A stretch of DNA of 63,606 bases, counting the filler, from Octopus bimaculoides (taxonomy: Eukaryota), in NCBI RefSeq assembly GCF_001194135.2. It is 5 parts of 5 records of this genome, joined end to end, with 100 filler letters (N's around TTAATTAATTAA, not from the genome) between each part and the next. Parts side by side here need not be neighbours in the genome. Positions count along the whole stretch, not along the records: positions 24,854 to 55,905 come from NC_068999.1; 4 more parts are not named here. One strand, given 5' to 3'. Below the pieces are notes generated by a model, which was not told the DNA's origin, did not search any database, and saw only the letters and a list, made by a program, of their open reading frames with translations. How positions within the stretch are numbered: the first letter of the stretch is position 1; each line of letters starts with the position of its first letter. Below are positions 26,470-39,275 of this stretch, piece by piece. Made by a program: the position numbers and the translations under genes.

Positions 26470-27829
26470 TCTGGACTTAAAAGTCATGAATTAGATCACA
26501 AAAACATTCCTACCTCGCCAGGGTACCATCATGGAATGCTGCATATGACGTTTATTATTAAACATAGTCCCCATTGCAATCCACACACTTCTTCTACCGA
26601 TGTTGCAGTGCTTGGCTCTCATTGATGAAGAAGGTCTCATCCTGTCGCTCACAAAAATCACCGAAAGGTGATAGACTGTCAACTGGATTTTTTTTCATAT
26701 TGAGGAATAGATGATAGAGAGATGGGGCCAAATCAGGAGAATGTGGGTGATGATGTGGCAGTTCAAAGTCGCTGTCAAGTTAATCAGCCATTGAAACTAA
26801 GGACTTGGTTGCTGGAGCATTGTCCTTTTTAAAAGAAAGCACCTTTTGTCAGTTTTTTCCGCGCGTTTGATTTCGATCGTCATTTGTAACTGTTTCAACA
26901 AGTTGGTATAATACTCTCTATTGATAGGGTCGTCCTTTTAAGACAATCAACATAATACTTTTTGCATCGCAAAACTGAAGCCACCCACCTCACTGGAGAT
27001 GAAACGACTTGGCCTTTTTTGGAGCATCTGAGGAGGGGTGCTTCCAATGCATTGATTGTCTCTTTGTCGCCAGCTTAGAGTGCCGAGCCAATATTCGCCT
27101 TGGCTTAGGAAAAGTTCAAGGGAAACAGTAGGACCTGCCTCAAACAATGTCAGATTTTGGCTTGATGTGATCAGCCAGGGGCGCTTGCGATTAGGTGTCA
27201 GAAAACGTGCACCCACCGAGTAGAAACCTTTTCCACTCGAAGTTCACCTCTCTCAGGGGAAATGCGAGCTGGCAGAAACACCGGGCGAAATGCTCAGCGG
27301 CATTTCGTCTGCTGTTACGTTCTGAGTTCAAATTCCGCCGAGGTCGACTTTGCCTTTCATCCTTTCTGGGTCGATAAATTAAGTACAAGTTACGCACTGG
27401 GGTCGATGTAATCGACTTAATCCCTTTGTCTGTCCTTGTTTGTTCCCTCTATGTTTAGCCACTTGTGAGCAATAAAGAAATAAATAATATTGGCAATATA
27501 TTTTGTCTTCCATCGCGTATAATCCATCACTATGCGGTGTAGACAATCAATGAATTTCTCATTGGTAGCAGTTGTGGGACATCTAGACTTCAGGTCATCT
27601 AAAACACTCTCCATTTTCCTCCCACTTTTGCATCATCCCTTAATGTAGCAACTACGCCAGCATGGATATCCTTGAGGACTTAAAGGAGTCAGATACCAGC
27701 TTGCCTGAACTAAAACAATTCAGTTGTTAATAAAGATGGCTGGCACTAAGGCATACCAAATTTCACAGCTCTAGCTATGAACAGCCTATGAAGTTTTCAG
27801 CCCATTTTCGTGCGTATTTAGATATACAT
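26470..27829 (-). mobile_element. Mariner (DD34D-type) transposon remnant interrupted by a SINE
   Basis: HTH region ESVLDDLKSRCPTTATNEK (27417-27614), KVSTRWV..LTPNRKR, DNAPATKSLVSM, HSPDLAPS. TIR-like end near 27800-27829. Confidence 0.8.
27263..27486 (+). mobile_element. SINE family A inserted in the mariner remnant
   Basis: GCGAGCTGGCAGAAAC...GAGTTCAAATTCCGCCGAGGTCGACTTTGCCTTTCATCC...AATAAAGAAATAAA. Confidence 0.9.
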
Positions 27830-27835
27830 ACGTAC

Positions 27836-27878
27836 TTACACACACACACGCACACACAAACAAACACACACACACGCA

Positions 27879-27976
<98 letters not shown>

Positions 27977-27985
27977 TATATACTA
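27836..27985. repeat. (CA)n-(CT)n-(TA)n compound microsatellite
   Basis: Direct reading. Confidence 0.95.
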
Positions 27986-29269
27986 TATGTATACGTATGT
28001 ATATTTGCTGGAAAGTAGCCCATGTATTTGTGTTTATTCATTTATATCATTCGGTGATGATGTGTGTATGTCGTTAAGTGTATTCATGTGGCACATGTGT
28101 GTATGTATGTGTGTATGTGTCTGTATGTAATGATTAACTTTTTGAGAGAAATGTCTGTAATGTCGTATATATTCCCAGAGCAACTTTGATCATAAGTAAC
28201 CATTTCCTCATGGTTTCTTATTTTTTCGAGCATCCCGGTTTTTTTCATTTAGATGCAGATAATTTTTTTGAAAGATAAAAGCTCATCTGAGACAAAAAAA
28301 AACAATATATTCAGAAATGTTACTGCTTCTTTAGTCTGTATTTCTTAAACTTAGCTGTATTATTTCTTCCAATTGTCTCACCTTAATGTGAAGTCACCTT
28401 TGAATATATAAAGTTATGTTCCATATATTAATTTTTCTCGAGCAGACATAAAATTAACCTGTCAATATATAGTAACGCAGAAAAGGAAACAACATATTTC
28501 ATCAATATGGAAGTTGAACACAAATATATTTTATTCTGTTATTAAGTCTGATATATTTCTTATTTGTCTGTTGCATAGTAGTTGTTAGACGCTACAAACA
28601 TTCTCACACTCTAGTTTGCATTTAAGAAGCAAAAAGGCAAACGTTATTTATATTGTATTAACAGTACCCATTGAAATTTCATCGTTACTTTGGAAACAGT
28701 AAATATTATGCAATTTATATAGAAACATCAAGTAAATATTTTTCAAAAAAATTATTTTGTCTGAAACTTTTGACTCTTGAAATGCTATAAAATCTATATA
28801 GAGAGTTGGGGAAACAGAGCCTTAAGAGAGAACATCTTTGAAAGCTATATATTTTGTTATACATTCTTCAACTCCTGTACCTTGAACGATGTTATACAAT
28901 ATTTCTATCTTCACGTCCAGAAATAGTAAACATATTAAAAAGTACTATAGTATATATGTACTCAGCAGTATGATTTAATGCCAAGGAAAATAAACCCTAC
29001 AGAGATTTCATTTTCAACACAGTAGAAAGGAAAGCTTGTAGTTTAGTAGGATAGAAGCAGAAAGTATTAAATAGGTTTATGGTGCGGTTAGAAACAACGA
29101 GTTCAAAGAAACAGTGATATTAAAGGTTTAGTAATATACCCAGTAATCAAAAGTTGAAGAAAAGCACGTTCTGGAAAATGAACTGTAAAATATATCACAT
29201 GGAACTAGCGAGAGAAAGAATGTAATAATGATAATATTAATTCTTTCTAACAGACGGAGTGTCAGAAAG

Positions 29270-29620
29270 TATTTAAGGGGGTGAGGAAAATATCGACCAA
29301 GTTACTTGGTGGCATTATAAGTTATCCACCCTGAAAGGGAAAAAGTGCAATATTGATTCTGAGCGGATTTCAACGTAAAGAGCTAGAATTCCTTATTCTG
29401 CTACGCGCTTCTACAAATAGTCTATGTCAAACTTTTTTTTTTGTCATGGCATAAGGGCGAACATCGTGTTTACTCGATTTCCACCACATCCAACAGGACT
29501 TTATATACTATTTTATCGACACCGGACAGTTGCAAGCTAATTTGATTTCGCCGTGAACATAAAGAGTCAGAGCAAATACCCCAGAGTATATTGGTAATCA
29601 TTCTAAACTTTCTGGTAATC
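29270..29620 (-). mobile_element. Two degenerate SINE family A fragments
   Basis: ATCGACC..GTTACTTGG and TTTTATCGAC...AATTTGATTTCG motifs on the reverse strand. Confidence 0.55.
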
Positions 29621-29869
29621 CAACACTAATCAGCTAATCCACTCATAGCAGCAATAACAACCTAACATCAATACATGGTATATAACTCTTCTATTTCTCC
29701 CGGAGAAAAAAAATGTTATTTCTTTTGTACTATTTTCCCTATTTTTAATTCCATTTCCTTTTACAAGCTCAGAGTGGGCGAACAGGGGTAGATTACCCAA
29801 AGTGGGGCTAAAACGAAATTCTCCGGGGTAATGAGGACTCATTAGACATAAGTAAAATTTTATAAAAAA

Positions 29870-30100
29870 TATGTTCCTTGTTACAAAAGAATTTTTTCTT
29901 TCCGCATGAGGTGGCAGTCAAAACTTTGGTGCCTTTTGCAGCAACGTACCTTTGCAAACAAGAATTTCCACTCTAATGATTATAAAATCAAAGCAGAGTA
30001 ATCGATTGGACCTCGAAGAATGTATTCAAATTGTTCTGACATCAAAATGCCCAAATTTTGACATAATTGTGACAAAAGTAAAACATCGTTTCTCCAAAAC
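29870..30100 (+). mobile_element. hAT (Charlie/Buster-like) transposase C-terminal dimerisation fragment
   Basis: HEVAVKTLVPFAATYLCKQEF / (frameshift) STLMIIKSKQSNRLDLEECIQIVLTSKCPNFDIIV matches the hAT PFATTYLCE..FS...IKSK.RNRL motif. Confidence 0.8.
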
Positions 30101-30530
30101 ATGAAGTGAAAATTTTCTAGCAAAATCCTTTTCTTTCATCATGAGGATATTAATTTAATTTATCACATTTGTTCTATGGTTTTTTATATTTATAATTATA
30201 TTCTCCATATAAGTAGATATAATAAACGTTTTGAATTTAAAGAATCTATGATTTTCTTCCTTTCAAATTACGAGGTTAACATCGGCATAAATAAATATAT
30301 TTGGGGGTAATTGATGAAAACAGTTCTCCGTTCCTTGTTATAGATAATTCCAACAGAAAAGGAGCTATGCACTTTAGGACCAGTATATGAAAAGCATCTT
30401 CAAATTGCCTAGAAATTATAGTCGACGGGAAACCGACTGTAATAATTTCAATATTTATATACCATAACCAGTAATATGGTCCTTGACGATATACATATTT
30501 ATAGCCGGTCTATTACACATGCGAAGTGTG

Positions 30531-30572
<42 letters not shown>

Positions 30573-30744
30573 GATGTGTGTGTGTCTGACTTATCAACAA
30601 TTAACAGATAATATTTACATACGCGCACACATATGTATATTATTAGACTACAAGAAGAGTGTTGACAGTGACTTCGAAGTTCCGTCCTAATTAGTCTCTT
30701 GTTGATACTATCATGCAAAAGAAAAGAGTACTGCATGCGCCCAT

Positions 30745-30812
<68 letters not shown>

Positions 30813-31515
30813 ATATCGATATGTATATATATATGCGAGTATTATGTATATACGTCTACATGACACACACGTACACATACGCACACACACGCACACAAAT
30901 GCACATACACACACACAAATAATGTGTTCATTGAATTTTCATTAGATTTATGCCTTATCACCTGGTATTTATGGACAATAAATCAACAAAGTAGTTTATA
31001 AATTACCGTTGTCGAACGCAGTGAATCTCGGGATAGTATCGAAGGTTTATATATAGAGTGTATATGAGATATCTTTGCAATAATACTTGAAGTGTTTTTA
31101 TGTAAGCTTGCAATTCAATGAGAGAAATAGCGATTCACAATAGCTTGGCACATCTCCAAAGTACTGTAAATACAATTCTAACGTATCAGTGGCTGTTCGG
31201 CATTTGGCAGTACTAAACAAAATTTTCGCTGGACGAGTAATACGATTTTTTGAAAAACCTTCAAAATATATAATACTATTTAGTGTGAGGAATGGTTCAA
31301 TTTTGCTTTGAATAACAAAACTATGGGTTTAACGTAACTCGCTGCGTTGCTATACAAAAGGGAAGGATATAGCTACAGATAATATACAATGAAAGTACAC
31401 TGTAACTTTTGCGCAGAGAAATGACCGTAGGTTGAATCTGACGAAAGAAATGACATGAAGATTGAATAAAACAAATTTCTAAATTGTATAGCATTACTCC
31501 TCCAGTAATTGAATT

Positions 31516-31765
31516 ATACGTGGCCTGATCAATAAGTATGCGGATTGTTGCCATAGAACAGAAGCCAAAGCACGCCAAATAAAGTCACTTGGCACATATT
31601 AATCGTGAACTCTGCTGTGCATGCACAGTAAGTTTTAACTTTCTAGCTCACTTCCGATGTTTACAGCAGTGCTTGGAAGGAAGGTGTGCAGAGTTTGATC
31701 GTAGCATCGACCATGACTTAGAAAGTTAAGTAGAGCATCTGCATCAAGTTTTGAGAAAAGACTGG
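31516..31765 (+). mobile_element. Mariner 5' end (TIR plus transposase start), cut off by a (GATA)n tract
   Basis: TACGTGGCCTGATCAATAAGTATGCGGAT TIR-like start. MT*KVK*SICIKF resembles mariner N-terminal EQRxCIKF. Confidence 0.65.
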
Positions 31766-31766
31766 T

Positions 31767-31821
<55 letters not shown>

Positions 31822-31905
31822 GGATAGATATAGATATACATATATATATATATATATATGTATGTATCTATGTATGCATGTATATATGTATTTATATATG
31901 TATAT
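31766..31905. repeat. (GATA)n plus (TA)n microsatellite
   Basis: Direct reading. Confidence 0.95.
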
Positions 31906-32333
31906 ACATTTAAATGATGGATAAGTATACATGTACATTATGTGTAGTGTGTATCATGAATATATACCATACATGNNNNNNNNNNNNNNNNNNNNNNNNN
32001 NNNNNNNNNNNNNNNNNNNNNNNNNNNNNNNNNNNNNNNNNNNNNNNNNNNNNNNNNNNNNNNNNNNNNNNNNNNNNNNNNNNNNNNNNNNNNNNNNNNN
32101 NNNNNNNNNNNNNNNNNNNNNNNNNNNNNNNNNNNNNNNNNNNNNNNNNNNNNATATATATATATATACGTAATGTACGCATTTATTCCTCTGTGTACTT
32201 GTTGATGACTAATTGAACTCATTTATATCTATTTATTTTGTCAACACCCACATCACTCACATGTTGACTTCCATTTGTGTATATTTATTTTTTTTTTCTT
32301 TACGCTGCTTTTCTCTGTGCTGTGTGATATATC

Positions 32334-32354
32334 ATGTTGTCGACCGTTCCCAAG
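32334..32354 (+). CDS. Candidate first coding exon MLSTVPK
   Basis: ATCATGT start context and consensus donor AAG|GTAAGT. No AG in about 130 nt upstream, which fits a first exon better than an internal one. Confidence 0.3.
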
Positions 32355-32466
32355 GTAAGTGGGTGGTGAGTAGTCGCCATCTAATTCTAATCTCATACCC
32401 ATTAACACGTGAAAGGACTTAGTCTTTTCAAACTGTTTTTATTATTTAATTACAGGTATTACATAG

Positions 32467-33710
32467 TTTTCGGTTGTCCAGAAAGTTCTGAGCGTTTTTA
32501 ACTGAATCTTTTCACATTCCATTGAATACACTTGAAACGTAACAGTTAAAACTTTGGCGTTACTTAAAGTGCTACTGTATCTCTTCTTTGTTCCTGGCTA
32601 AAGATAGATTTATCTTTCATTCCACCCACCAATCATTGAAATTTGAAATGGGTAACCAAAAATTTGATATTTGCATTGTAATACTTTCCTTTATTAAAAA
32701 ATGATAAAATGCTGCAAAGTTTTGCAAAAACATTTGTGAAGTCTATGGCGAGGATGCTGTAGGTGAAACAGCTGTTCGAAGGTGGTTTGCAAAACAGATA
32801 TAGCTTGCAAGATGACAATCGCAGTCGAAGACCTTTGAAATTGAATGAAGATGTTTTGAAGGCAAAAATCGAAGTAAAGTTAAATATCACGACTACATTA
32901 CTTCCAGAGAAGTTGGAATGTTCTAAAAGTACGGCTCATGAACACCTCGTGAAGCTAGGATACATTTCTCGCTATAATGTATGGCTCCCTCAACACACTC
33001 TAAGAAAAGAATTGATTGGACTGGTATTGTGTGTTATATGATTTTGAAATGGAATGAAATCATGTTTTTTGTTGTTTTTTTTAGTAAACAACGTGTGACT
33101 GGAGATGAAAAATGGATTGTGTACGAAAGCGTAGCGCGAAAGAGATTATGGAGTTTCCGTCAGGATCATCCAAAACAGCCTCCAAAGACGAATATCCACG
33201 CCAGAATTTCTTAATCTATTCATTATGAGATTCTCCCACAATGAATCAGTATATCAGCTGGTTAAGTTGAACTAAAAAAAAAAAATCAAAAACTTGAACC
33301 CGAATTTTGCCAACAGGAACGGTGTAGTGTTCCAACGAGACAATGCTTGACTACATGTGACTTTGGCTACCCGAATAATGTTACATAAATTTGATTGGGA
33401 ACTTTTACCTCATCCACCATATTCTCCTGATATTGCACCATCCGACTACCACTTGTTTTTGTCTCTACAGAACACATTGCAAGGAAAAACATTTAACGAT
33501 TTAGATGGAGTCAAAATGCATCCAGATGACGTTTTTCTTCAAAACCATTCAAATTTTATGCTGGTGGAATATTTAAATTGCCTGGTAGATGGACAAAGGT
33601 CATTAATAATAATGGAAATTATTTCATTGAATAAAATTTATTGAAAGGTCAATTATTTATATCCTTTTTGCATATTAAAACACGCTAAGAACTTTCCGGG
33701 CAACCTAAGA
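32467..33710 (+). mobile_element. Near full-length mariner DD34D transposon with TIRs
   Basis: TIRs CGGTTGTCCAGAAAGTTCTGAGCG / CGCTAAGAACTTTCCGGGCAACC. Transposase from 32648 with WLPQ, VTGDEKWIVY, DNA...HPPYSPDIAPSDYHLF (D-34-D counted). Stops, frameshifts and an internal deletion. Confidence 0.92.
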
Positions 33711-34384
33711 TATTGTAAAATAGCATTCATGATAGATTATGATTTGATACACGTGGTGTTTTACATATCACATTCGTCTATTCTTTGGACAGAATGCTTG
33801 TAGTTAATATCAGCAACTGCATTTGTGCTTGCATCGCATTTTAATTGTTTTTATTTTATTTTTACTATATTGTGGATATCTATTTTTCTATATTGTAGAT
33901 GTCGTGATTGTTTGTCACTGGTCTGCCATGATGGATATGGGAATTGAAGAAATGAATTCAGCATCGCATATTTCATTTTGACATTATTTATCTAAGACTT
34001 CATTCGCTAATACTAATTTCGTTTTTAAGATATTAACTATGTAAAGCTTGAGAATGAGTTATTGCTTATTTCTAACAGGTTCAAACAAGCTTTAAAATAA
34101 CCCCACTCTCTTTGCTTCGTGTATGTATCATATTTATATATTCCTACACTTTTATTGAGTGACCATTTAAATGTTCATGTATTTTCATAAAATGTTGGTG
34201 TATGATTATTGCAGCTTACATACTGAGTATAATTCTATAACCTAAATAAACTCACAGAAATACAAACATTCAGGAGACGTGGGATCGAGATTCACAGGCA
34301 CGATAAGGTATTTACTATTCAAAGTGTTTTAGCCGAATATTTATGCGGTATTATTCATAGATATGTCCAAGATTCATTATCCCA

Positions 34385-34420
<36 letters not shown>

Positions 34421-34544
34421 ACACACGCACACACACANNNNNNNNNNTATGAATACATAGATTTATAAATGGATGTATGTGTGTGTGCGTACCCGACCGT
34501 GCACGCGAACGTGTGTAGGTATGTATGTATCTTACATCATTTGT

Positions 34545-35145
34545 TTCTATCTGTTTCAGTCATTAGACGGTGGTCATGCTGGGGCTTCACCTTGTAAAAG
34601 TTTTATCACTTGAATCCACCCCAGTCTGCTGTTTTTTTTGTTTGTTTTTTCTATTAAGCCCGTTACTGATTCTGTCTCTCTTTTTGCCGAAACGTTAAGT
34701 TACGTGGACGTAAACATACCAACACTGATTGTCAAGTGGCGCTGAGGGACCAACACGGACACATAAACACTCACTCCATATATATATNNNNNNNNNNNNN
34801 NNNNNNNNNNNNNNNNNNNNNNNNNNNNNNNNNNNNNNNNNNNNNNNNNNNNNNNNNNNNNNNNNNNNNNNNNNNNNNNNNNNNNNNNNNNNNNNNNNNN
34901 NNNNNNNNNNNNNNNNNNNNNNNNNNNNNNNNNNNNNNNNNNNNNNNNNNNNNNNNNNNNNNNNNNNNNNNNNNNNNNNNNNNNNNNNNNNNNNNNNNNN
35001 NNNNNNNNNNNNNATATACGGCAGGCTACTTTCAGTTTCCAAGTAACAAATCTACTCAGCTTCGGAGCAGCTTTGATGCTTCAGTAGAAGATACCTGCCC
35101 AAGGTGCCACGTAGAGTGACTGAAAACGGAAGTATGTGGTGAAGG
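34545..35145 (-). mobile_element. SINE family B, degenerate, split by a gap
   Basis: 3' half 34545-34780 and 5' half 35014-35145 (CTTTCAGTTTCC...TGCCCAAGGTGCCACG). Confidence 0.8.
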
Positions 35146-35265
35146 TTCTTAACATAAGATTATTTCTGGAGACGAATGCCGCTGTGTTACTTTCTACTGT
35201 ATATCCACGTGAAGTGGATATAGAGAAATTCTACATTGATATAACACTTACATTGCAAATAGCGA

Positions 35266-35307
<42 letters not shown>

Positions 35308-36386
35308 ACCACCACTACCACCATCCACACACTCACACATATATATAAGAAATGGAGATAATTTCTAGAAATTCAGAAAAGATATAAGTATATCTAATCC
35401 TTATGAAGTTGACTATATCGAGTTAAGTGCAATAGACCCAATCATGTCCATTGTTTTCATTTACTTGCAAATATAGTCTTATCTTTTTCTAACTAAAGTA
35501 ATTTTGAAGGATAATGTGTTTCTTGAAATTCTTTTCTCTTTTAGTTTCTCTTTAGAGACGCTAGACTTTTATCTTCTTCATCCGGCTATCGTCAAACTTT
35601 CACCTAATTAAGAGCTTTTGGCATATACCATTCAGTTGGTACACCATGACTTATCTCATTTATCATAATGTTTGTTATAATTCAGACAATGTACAGCATG
35701 GATTCAAATAGACGTTATGCGTAATACAAAAGCCATACTAATAGTAAACAGTGGAACAATGAATTTTTCCTGTAGATTACATTGGCTATACAGATGATTT
35801 TGGAATCCTCAGGCATGTGCAATTTCTTCAATAAGTAGATACTTCTGCTGAAAAGAAAAAAATACCACTTAGACACGAATCTCATCTAGTTGAAACCAAG
35901 TAAATGAATCGAAAACGACGTTACTCACAATAAAGAAACTTCAAATTAGTAGAAAATAATTACGTTTTCTTTCAATGTCTCTAAATTAATTTACGGCAGT
36001 TTTACGTATATTTCTCGACACTGTTCAACACTGGAGTTAATCTTAAGTTGGAAACATTAGTCGAGACATAGCTATTTGCAGAGCTGATACGCATATTAAA
36101 CGTTAGCCTAATTCATTGGACTGTGGCCATGCTAGAGCACTCACTCGAATGGTTTAATCTTGCAAATTTAAACCCGTGTGAATGTGTAGGGACTGCTACA
36201 TACTGTATCGGTTTCCGTTGCGAAGCCGATAGGTTTGGGCGATGCAAACAGACGAACACCAATTTTCAATTGGTCGGTGGGGAAAAACAGAAAAATGATG
36301 TGCACATACTTCTGTGCGTGCACGCGCACATGCATACATACACACACACAAACACACGCACGCACATGCGCACGTACGCACACTCA

Positions 36387-36426
<40 letters not shown>

Positions 36427-36439
36427 AAAAAAACAATAA

Positions 36440-37824
36440 CAAAAATACAAAAAAACAACAAAGTGAGGACGTGATATGGATAGTATTGTATTATTGGACG
36501 CTCAGGAAAGGAAAGAGAGAGTGTATGACGTTTCGGGCGTAGCCCTTCGTCGGAAAGATGGAAAGTTCGGNNNNNNNNNNNNNNNNNNNNNNNNNNNNNN
36601 NNNNNNNNNNNNNNNNNNNNNNNNNNNNNNNNNNNNNNNNNNNNNNNNNNNNNNNNNNNNNNNNNNNNNNNNNNNNNNNNNNNNNNNNNNNNNNNNNNNN
36701 NNNNNNNNNNNNNNNNNNNNNNNNNNNNNNNNNNNNNNNNNNNNNNNNNNNNNNNNNNNNNNNNNNNNNNNNNNNNNNNNNNNNNNNNNNNNNNNNNNNN
36801 NNNNNNNNNNNNNNNNNNNNNNNNNNNNNNNNNNNNNNNNNNNNNNNNNNNNNNNNNNNNNNNNNNNNNNNNNNNNNNNNNNNNNNNNNNNNNNNNNNNN
36901 NNNNNNNNNNNNNNNNNNNNNNNNNNNNNNNNNNNNNNNNNNNNNNNNNNNNNNNNNNNNNNNNNNNNNNNNNNNNNNNNNNNNNNNNNNNNNNNNNNNN
37001 NNNNNNNNNNNNNNNNNNNNNNNNNNNNNNNNNNNNNNNNNNNNNNNNNNNNNNNNNNNNNNNNNNNNNNNNNNNNNNNNNNNNNNNNNNNNNNNNNNNN
37101 NNNNNNNNNTTGTGTGGGGTTGTAAGTGTTGGGTACGTGTACGTGTGTGTGTGTATTTTGTGTGTGCGCGTGTGTGTATGTGTATGTTTTCTGTGCGTGC
37201 GTGTGTGTATATTTTTTGTGCGTGCGTGTCAGTGTATATTGTGTATGTTTTCGTGCGTGCGTGTGTGTTATGTATGTGAGTGAGTATTGTGTATGTGAGA
37301 GGTGTGTGTGTGCATGTGTGTATATGTGTATGTGTGTGAGTATTGAAAATGTGTATGTGTGTTGTGTATGTGTGTGTGTGTGTGTGTGGTTTTATGTATG
37401 TGAGAGGTGTGTATGTGTGGGTTTATGTGTGTGCGTGCGTATGTGTGNNNNNNNNNNTTATGTATGTGAGAGGTGTGTATGTGTGGGTTTATGTGTGTGC
37501 GTGCGTATGTGTGCCAGGTATGTGTGTTATTTTGTGTGTGCACTCCTGTGTGTACGCGTGCATGTGTATGTAGGCGTGCGTGTATATATGGGTGTGTGTG
37601 TGTATATATGTGTGTGTGAGGGTAAAAAAATAAAAATAAAAAAATTAAGAAAAGTGTTGCAGGGACGTAAAGGGGAGAGTCATAAGGAAGAGAGGGCTGC
37701 GTTGAGTCCGAAGGGGAAAGAAGAATTAAGGTTGAAAATGTAGCGTTGCTCCAAGTAGAGTCGCGAGGGAGTGGACCCATGGTGCAGGGCGAGGCCAAAA
37801 ACGGAGATGTTAGAGGGAGAGTGG
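36440..37824 (-). mobile_element. 3' end of a Neptune-like PLE (GIY-YIG C-terminus plus pLTR with microsatellites and gap)
   Basis: 37690-37824 translates HSPSNISVFGLALHHGSTPSRLYLEQRYIFNLNSSFPFGLN, matching the PLE endonuclease end EQxxIFxLxTLxPxGLN. A hammerhead-like core lies downstream. Confidence 0.6.
36525..36557 (-). ncRNA. Degenerate minimal type I hammerhead ribozyme motif
   Basis: Reverse strand CCGACGA-A-GGGC-UAC-GCCC-GAAAC-GUC. U4 is replaced by C and stem I does not pair. Confidence 0.55.
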
Positions 37825-38383
37825 NNNNNNNNNNNNNNNNNNNNNNNNNNNNNNNNNNNNNNNNNNNNNNNNNNNNNNNNNNNNNNNNNNNNNNNNNNNN
37901 NNNNNNNNNNNNNNNNNNNNNNNNNNNNNNNNNNNNNNNNNNNNNNNNNNNNNNNNNNNNNNNNNNNNNNNNNNNNNNNNNNNNNNNNNNNNNNNNNNNN
38001 NNNNNNNNNNNNNNNNNNNNNNNNNNNNNNNNNNNNNNNNNNNNNNNNNNNNNNNNNNNNNNNNNNNNNNNNNNNNNNNNNNNNNNNNNNNNNNNNNNNN
38101 NNNNNNNNNNNNNNNNNNNNNNNNNNNNNNNNNNNNNNNNNNNNNNNNNNNNNNNNNNNNNNNNNNNNNNNNNNNNNNNNNNNNNNNNNNNNNNNNNNNN
38201 NNNNNNNNNNNNNNNNNNNNNNNNNNNNNNNNNNNNNNNNNNNNNNNNNNNNNNNNNNNNNNNNNNNNNNNNNNNNNNNNNNNNNNNNNNNNNNNNNNNN
38301 NNNNNNNNNNNNNNNNNNNNNNNNNNNNNNNNNNNNNNNNNNNNNNNNNNNNNNNNNNNNNNNNNNNNNNNNNNNNNNNNNNN

Positions 38384-38414
<31 letters not shown>

Positions 38415-38489
38415 GGGCTGGCAGAAACGTTAGTATAGAAGAGAGAGAGAGATAGGATACTTGCTGTCCTTAAGACAGTCCTGAAAGAA

Positions 38490-38700
38490 AAGAAAGATGA
38501 TCACGTGAGGAAGAGAAAGAGAAATGATGGTCACGTGTGAGCAACGAGAGAGAGAAAAAGAGGAAAACGGTGGGAGAGCAGAGACTGATAAAAACAAATT
38601 CCCTTTTTCTCCCCTTCACCGTTTTCTGTCTTTCTCTCATCCTCTTTCTCTGTTTCTCTCTTTCGTTTCTCACAAGTGACCATCTTCCATCTTTCTTTTC
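38490..38700. repeat. Imperfect inverted repeat (foldback)
   Basis: 38526-38547 pairs with 38663-38684 (20/22) and 38563-38572 pairs with 38617-38626 (10/10). GA- and TC-rich arms. Confidence 0.8.
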
Positions 38701-39125
38701 CTACGACATTTAAGGACTATACTCTTCTATATCTCTCTCTTCTATCTTTTCTCCTTTCAAAGAAAATATTTCTCCCATTATTCACTATTTTCCCACCCGT
38801 TCTGTCCTAACGCCCTCTATGTTTGTTTTCGCTCGTTTTCCTTGTATGTTTCCCCTGTCCTCTTTTTGTTCCCAACTTTTATCCTTCATAAATTCCAAAT
38901 GTTATTTTAGTACTTACAGGAACAACTGTCTTCGAAGACTCATATTGCTTTTAAATGTTCGAAATGATGTGTAGATAGACATCCGACAATTGATGAAGGG
39001 TCGTTCTTTGTGTTACTTGTCTTGTTTCCATTTTCTTCACTCGTTGTTAGCGTATTTAACTCGTTTGTTTTCGTACTTCATGTTCTTTACAGTTAGTGAC
39101 CACTTGTACCCATTTATGCGGATAT

Positions 39126-39189
<64 letters not shown>

Positions 39190-39275
39190 GCATACACAGT
39201 GAGAGAGAGAAAAAGAAATATGTACGTGTGTTTGTATACATACGTACATGTTACATATGTATAGATATATATATA

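Noticed and set aside
37392-37513. About 55-bp direct repeat on both sides of an 11-N gap
   Set aside because: Probably unmerged overlapping contig ends.
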